Assembly (NCBI RefSeq): GCF_009914755.1
Contig: NC_060925.1
Source of the DNA: the human T2T-CHM13v2.0 reference genome, Homo sapiens
DNA length: 64,000 nucleotides
Strand: one strand, 5' to 3'
A program made the translations under genes and the position numbers. The notes under the pieces were generated by a model. The model saw only the letters and a program-made list of their open reading frames with translations, was not told where the DNA came from and made no database searches. Below are positions 59,136 to 64,000 of this stretch, piece after piece. The stretch's first letter is position 1. Each line of letters starts with the position of its first letter.

Positions 59136-62100
59136 AACTGTCACTTATAAAGAAAATGCAATTTTATTCAGACAGAATATATGCAGTATAGGAATAAGTG
59201 AGATGAAAATAGGTTGAATTAGGTATAAACAATTGTGTCTGTTAAGACCTCTTTATATGGGAATAAGCACCTTATCGATCAAGAAAAGTGTGTATATTAT
59301 TTTGAAGACAAAAAATTGGGAGTACTTACTGTGCTTTTCTTTAACAATTGTTAATTCGTGTTAGTATACTTGCACATAATAACCTATTAGGAATTAGGAT
59401 GCTACCCTTTTGATAAAAACAATTGCCAATAAAGATAATTATCCTATCATTACCCTAACATCAAATAACTTATAAAATAAAGGACCACAAAATTTTGACG
59501 TGTCTTTCAAATGTGGGACACTTTTCTAACACTTTAGAGTCTATCAGACATGATTCAGCAGTCTTAGATGTAAATACTAGCTACTTTTTTGGTTTCTTTT
59601 AAATTTTTTTCAGTAAGCCTGGAAATCTAGTTTAAACAACACTATATAACCTCATGTAAATGTATTACTACTGCAAGCTGATCAGCATTTAAGTAGTAAA
59701 CTAAGTTAATATTTGTGCTGGTATTTCTTCAAAGATCAACATGCCAGACTTACCTTATTTAAAAACATGAAACTCATTAACATCACATCAAGTCTGGAAC
59801 ATTTGCTTAAGGTGGCAACGGGTCTAGAATCTGGTATAAGAATATTCTTATGGCCTACTTATTAAATTTTCTAAACTCAAAAAAATGAACACCCTTGCCA
59901 GCCATCTTTTCTAAATTATTATGTTCTTGTAAAAGAGTCCTTGCAGCATTAGGACTGATGGAAAATAAGGAAATAATGACTATTTCATGGACCAGCTTAG
60001 AACTGTAATGGACTTATACAATAGAGAAAGACTCTGTTTAGCCACACAGTGCTAAAAATTCAGTGAATTTTTCCAGAGGATGGCTACTGAGTATAGTGTT
60101 TGTGGATCTAAAACTGTTAAACCATAGACATTTCACCTTTGGTGAAAATGGGTTTTTCACGGGTTGCCCCTGAAAAAAAAATGCCCCCCTGAAGAAATAA
60201 ATGGTTTATTTTAAAATACAGTTTGTTGGCCAGGCACAATAGCTCATGCCTGTAATCCTAGCACTTTAGGAAGCCAAGGTGGGTGGATCACTTGATGCCA
60301 GGAGATCGAGACCAGCCTGGGCAACATGGCGAGACCTCGTCTCTATAAAAAATACAAAAAAATTAGCAGGTGTGGTGCAGATGCCTGTAGTCCTAGCTAC
60401 TAAGAAGGCTGAGGTGGGAGGATTGCTTGTGCCCAGGGAGGTCGAGGCTGCACTGAGTGAGTGAGTTGTGAACATGCCACTGCACTCCAGCCCATCTCAA
60501 AAACAAAAAACAAAAAACAAAAAAACAAAAAAACAAAAAACAATTTGTAATATATAATAGAACAGATCTAAGAAGTCAAACTTGTCATTTTGGCATTATG
60601 AAATAAACTTTACTATAATATTTACTATAATATTTAATATTTAAATACTAGAGAATCAGAAAACCAGACCAAGAAATTAGTTTAGACCAGGCTATAATGA
60701 CCAGAACTTGTTTTTGTTTGAAGGTCCTTATCAATTTTAAGCTGAAAAAATCATAGCTTTCAAAGTGATATTCAGATTATATTATAGATTCAAAATAAGC
60801 TAAACTTCAGCATGAAAATACATAAAATTCCAAAGCTTATTTCATTCAATAATTTAAGAATTAAGTTAAAATACTTTTGATAAAGCCATTGGTTTTAGGG
60901 AAACAAACAGAAGTCTCAGGCTCCTATTCTATGAGCCATAACCAATTCCCTAGTACTAGCCCTTAAAACATGCGAACGCGGAGTTGCGAATTGAGAGTCT
61001 ACCAATGCAAGGCCATGCTACACAACCTAAGGGGGTCATTTTCACATGGAATGCAATGAGAATGCTGTACAACAGGAGTTCCTGTATAAATATTTAAAAA
61101 TGGATTCCACAGACAGTGTTCATACAATGTAAGTACGCATGCCTCTAGGATGAACCCCAGTAGACATTTGAGGTTATAACTCCTGACACAAAGCTTAAAG
61201 ACCAGTTGATTCTCAAACTACCCTGGCACTTTCCACGCAGAAGGCCCAGGTCTCTACCCCTTAGGTTTGGTTATCACAACTCAGACCTACCTTTGAATAG
61301 TATCTTCTTCCCAAAGCCTTCCCTAAACCTCCTAGGTGAAAGTGATCCTTCCTTTGCCTTTATATCTCTAACTGAGCACTAATCTATTATACGCTATCTT
61401 GTACGACAGTTGATTGCATATGTGCCTCACCTTGCCAACTACACTGGAAACTCTTTAATAATAGAAATGGTTTTATCCTCATTACCTTCCATAAAGCCTG
61501 CCATAGTGCTTTATGCATAGTAAAACTCAACACTCGAACTGAAGGCAATTCAAATACATTAAACATTCTGTATTTATGTATAACTTTATTGAGGCATTTT
61601 TATGCATCCTTTTTTAAACTTTATAAATTCTGTCACTTTCTGAGACAACACAGGTTATCAATCCATCAGCAATGTCTTCTTTGTTCTCAATTTTAGTTCA
61701 ATGTCAAAGCTACAAAAAATATTTTTCTTTGGGGGAGACTACAGAACGTAGGAAAGCTGCTCCGTGGTAAGGAAGAGAATGGTACACAGCAGGTAATCTG
61801 TGAACATCTGCTGAATAAATGAATGAGTGGTTAAGACTCCAGTTAGCAGGGACGGACCTGTATTTCAGTAGGTAGGATGAAAAAACACTGTGTACTTGTT
61901 TACAGGTAAGGAGACTCCAGGGTTTTCCAGGTGCAAGCCACATGACCATACAAGACTCTCATGATATTTTTACAGATAGCACTGGTGTATCAAGAGGACC
62001 CATATTGGATATATTAGCTTCCTATGGTTTTTAATAATAAAATCCAAACTCCTTAACAAATTCTGCCAAAACAGATCCATCCTCATCTCTCTAGTGTCAT

Positions 62101-64000
62101 CTCTCACCATACTCTGGCCCTTTCACTTCACATAGCTTTTGAGTAACTCCTCTCCTCATCATTCAGGACTTAAATTGCATGGCAATTTCTCTAAGAGCCC
62201 TTCTCTGAATTTCCCAAGTGCCCTTGCTATGGGCTTCCATAGTAACCATCCTATATTTCCCTTAACACACTGAACTATAATTAACTGTTTACCTGCCTTC
62301 TACACTCAAATGTGAGGACATCAAAAACAGTGCTAGACAAATAACATACAGTCAAAAATCATTCAATGAATGAATGAGTCTGGAGACTTTATTCCCATAT
62401 AAGATGATCTTAACCAATGTTTATTTCATTTATTTATTTCTTTGGTTAATAATCCTTCCATAATGCCCCAGCTTTAGAAAATAATTTTAGTGGAACTAAA
62501 ATAAAAATGATAACAATTATATATTACATTTAACTACAATGAATGCTTGAGCCAAATCATGATATTAATAAGCAGCTGTGTGATTGAGGCCTATAGATTT
62601 GTTTATTCATGTGTAAAAACTAGTAAGTTAAGCTTAAAATTTTTTTCCCTACAAATTTCAGTTAGGCTTTACCCCAGGGAATGGTGGACTTCATTTGTCT
62701 CTGGCCATAGGATATATTAGCAAATCATAGGTGAATGGGTTGTACGGTGAAGGGGATTCTCTTACTTGTGAAAGAAGTAAACCTAGGAATGATGGAGTCA
62801 CTAGGGGAAAACATGTACTATATCTCACGTAAGACAATAACAGGGTGCTAATTACTTAATCACTGAGTGTGAGTAAAAGAAAAACAATGGACTCATTTAT
62901 AAGCCCTATCAGGATTTATAAAATGTGGTATTTATAAACAGCATTCAACTAATTTAATTTCTCTAAAATCAATTATAAGCCTTAAAATTTTTTAGTTAAT
63001 AAGGTTCCAATTTATACCTGAAATTAATATTGTTATTATACTTTTTATCTCATCAGTGTAACCAGTGATTTTAATAATAAGAAAAAGTTGATGCAGGTTA
63101 TTGGGCTTCAAGTGGAAATAGAAAATGTGGGTAGTAAAATACAGGTAATATTCAAGTGAAATAATGAAATTAAGTCAAATCATGTGTAGATAGCAGAAAT
63201 AGCTAACTTAATACAAGCTGACTGGTTTACATGATATAGAATGTAAATTTCATGAGAACAGGGGTCTTTGTTTTGTCAATGTCTAATTATAAAGTACCTA
63301 GAATGTACCTAATACTTATTTGTTAAGTAAATATTAAAATATTATTCTGTAGAAAATTAAGTCTATTTAAAATTCATAAGAATATATGGGAATTGATAAA
63401 GGTAAATTCCCTTTAAAAAAACAATGGATAGGTACGTAATGGTAGTCATTAAAAACACCTTCAACATTATTTATATGTACAAGGTACTCTTTACGAAAAG
63501 CCAAACGTTTTAAACATTCTATTGCTGTTTTTTGAGATAGGATCTTGCTCTGTTGCCCAGGCTGTGGTGCAGTGCCATGATCATGGCTCACTGTAACTCT
63601 GAACTCATGAGCTCCAGTGATCCTCCGATTTCAGCCTCTCAAATAACTGGGACTATAGGCATGTGCCACCATGCCCAGCCAATTTTTTTTTTTTTTTTTT
63701 TTAATCTCGCTTTGTGGCTCAGGCTGGTCTTCAAGTCCTAGGCTCAAATGATCCGCCTGCCTTGGCCTCCCAAAGTGCTAGGATTACCAGGCATGAGCCA
63801 CTGCACCCAGACTCAGCTATTTTTTCACTAAGGCAGCATGCCTCATATGCCAATCAAATATGGAGGGGTCTGTCAATACATTTCACTCATACTCTTTGGG
63901 GAAAGTAAAGATCTAATTAAGAGAAAAGATCAAGGTACAAAAGTAGATAAAATATGATCAAGTTTGTATAGACGGTTGAGAAATGAACCCAGAGTGGGGA

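Overview
Human (or great-ape) genomic DNA, very rich in Alu, LTR and L1 elements, with no bacterial-type features. It has three blocks. (1) About 1-30915 is a segmental-duplication block holding an unprocessed, disabled GTF2I (TFII-I) pseudogene fragment on the minus strand. It has four recognisable exons with intact splice sites and lies downstream of a CpG-rich promoter containing a 25-bp tandem array of perfect CRE palindromes. (2) About 30916-53400 is intergenic, repeat-dense DNA with multi-layer nested transposons. (3) About 53450-64000 is the 3' end of CEP170 on the minus strand: the last three coding exons in an intact frame plus a ~2 kb 3'UTR. This layout matches my recollection of LINC01347-CEP170 at 1q43, but the CEP170P1 duplicate cannot be formally excluded without alignment. 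The main observations are: a ~4.3 kb GC-rich, polyadenylated, TSD-flanked insertion with no L1 body (probable orphan 3' transduction or retroposed unspliced RNA) inside a pseudogene intron, which supplies new candidate exons; GTF2I exons in permuted order (A-B-D-C); a CRE minisatellite of 5 near-perfect and 3 decayed units ending at an apparent duplication breakpoint; and a candidate poison exon in CEP170. I see no evidence for a new protein-coding system; nearly all ORFs in the track are Alu-derived or chance. Repeat boundaries are approximate and repeat family calls are from recall.
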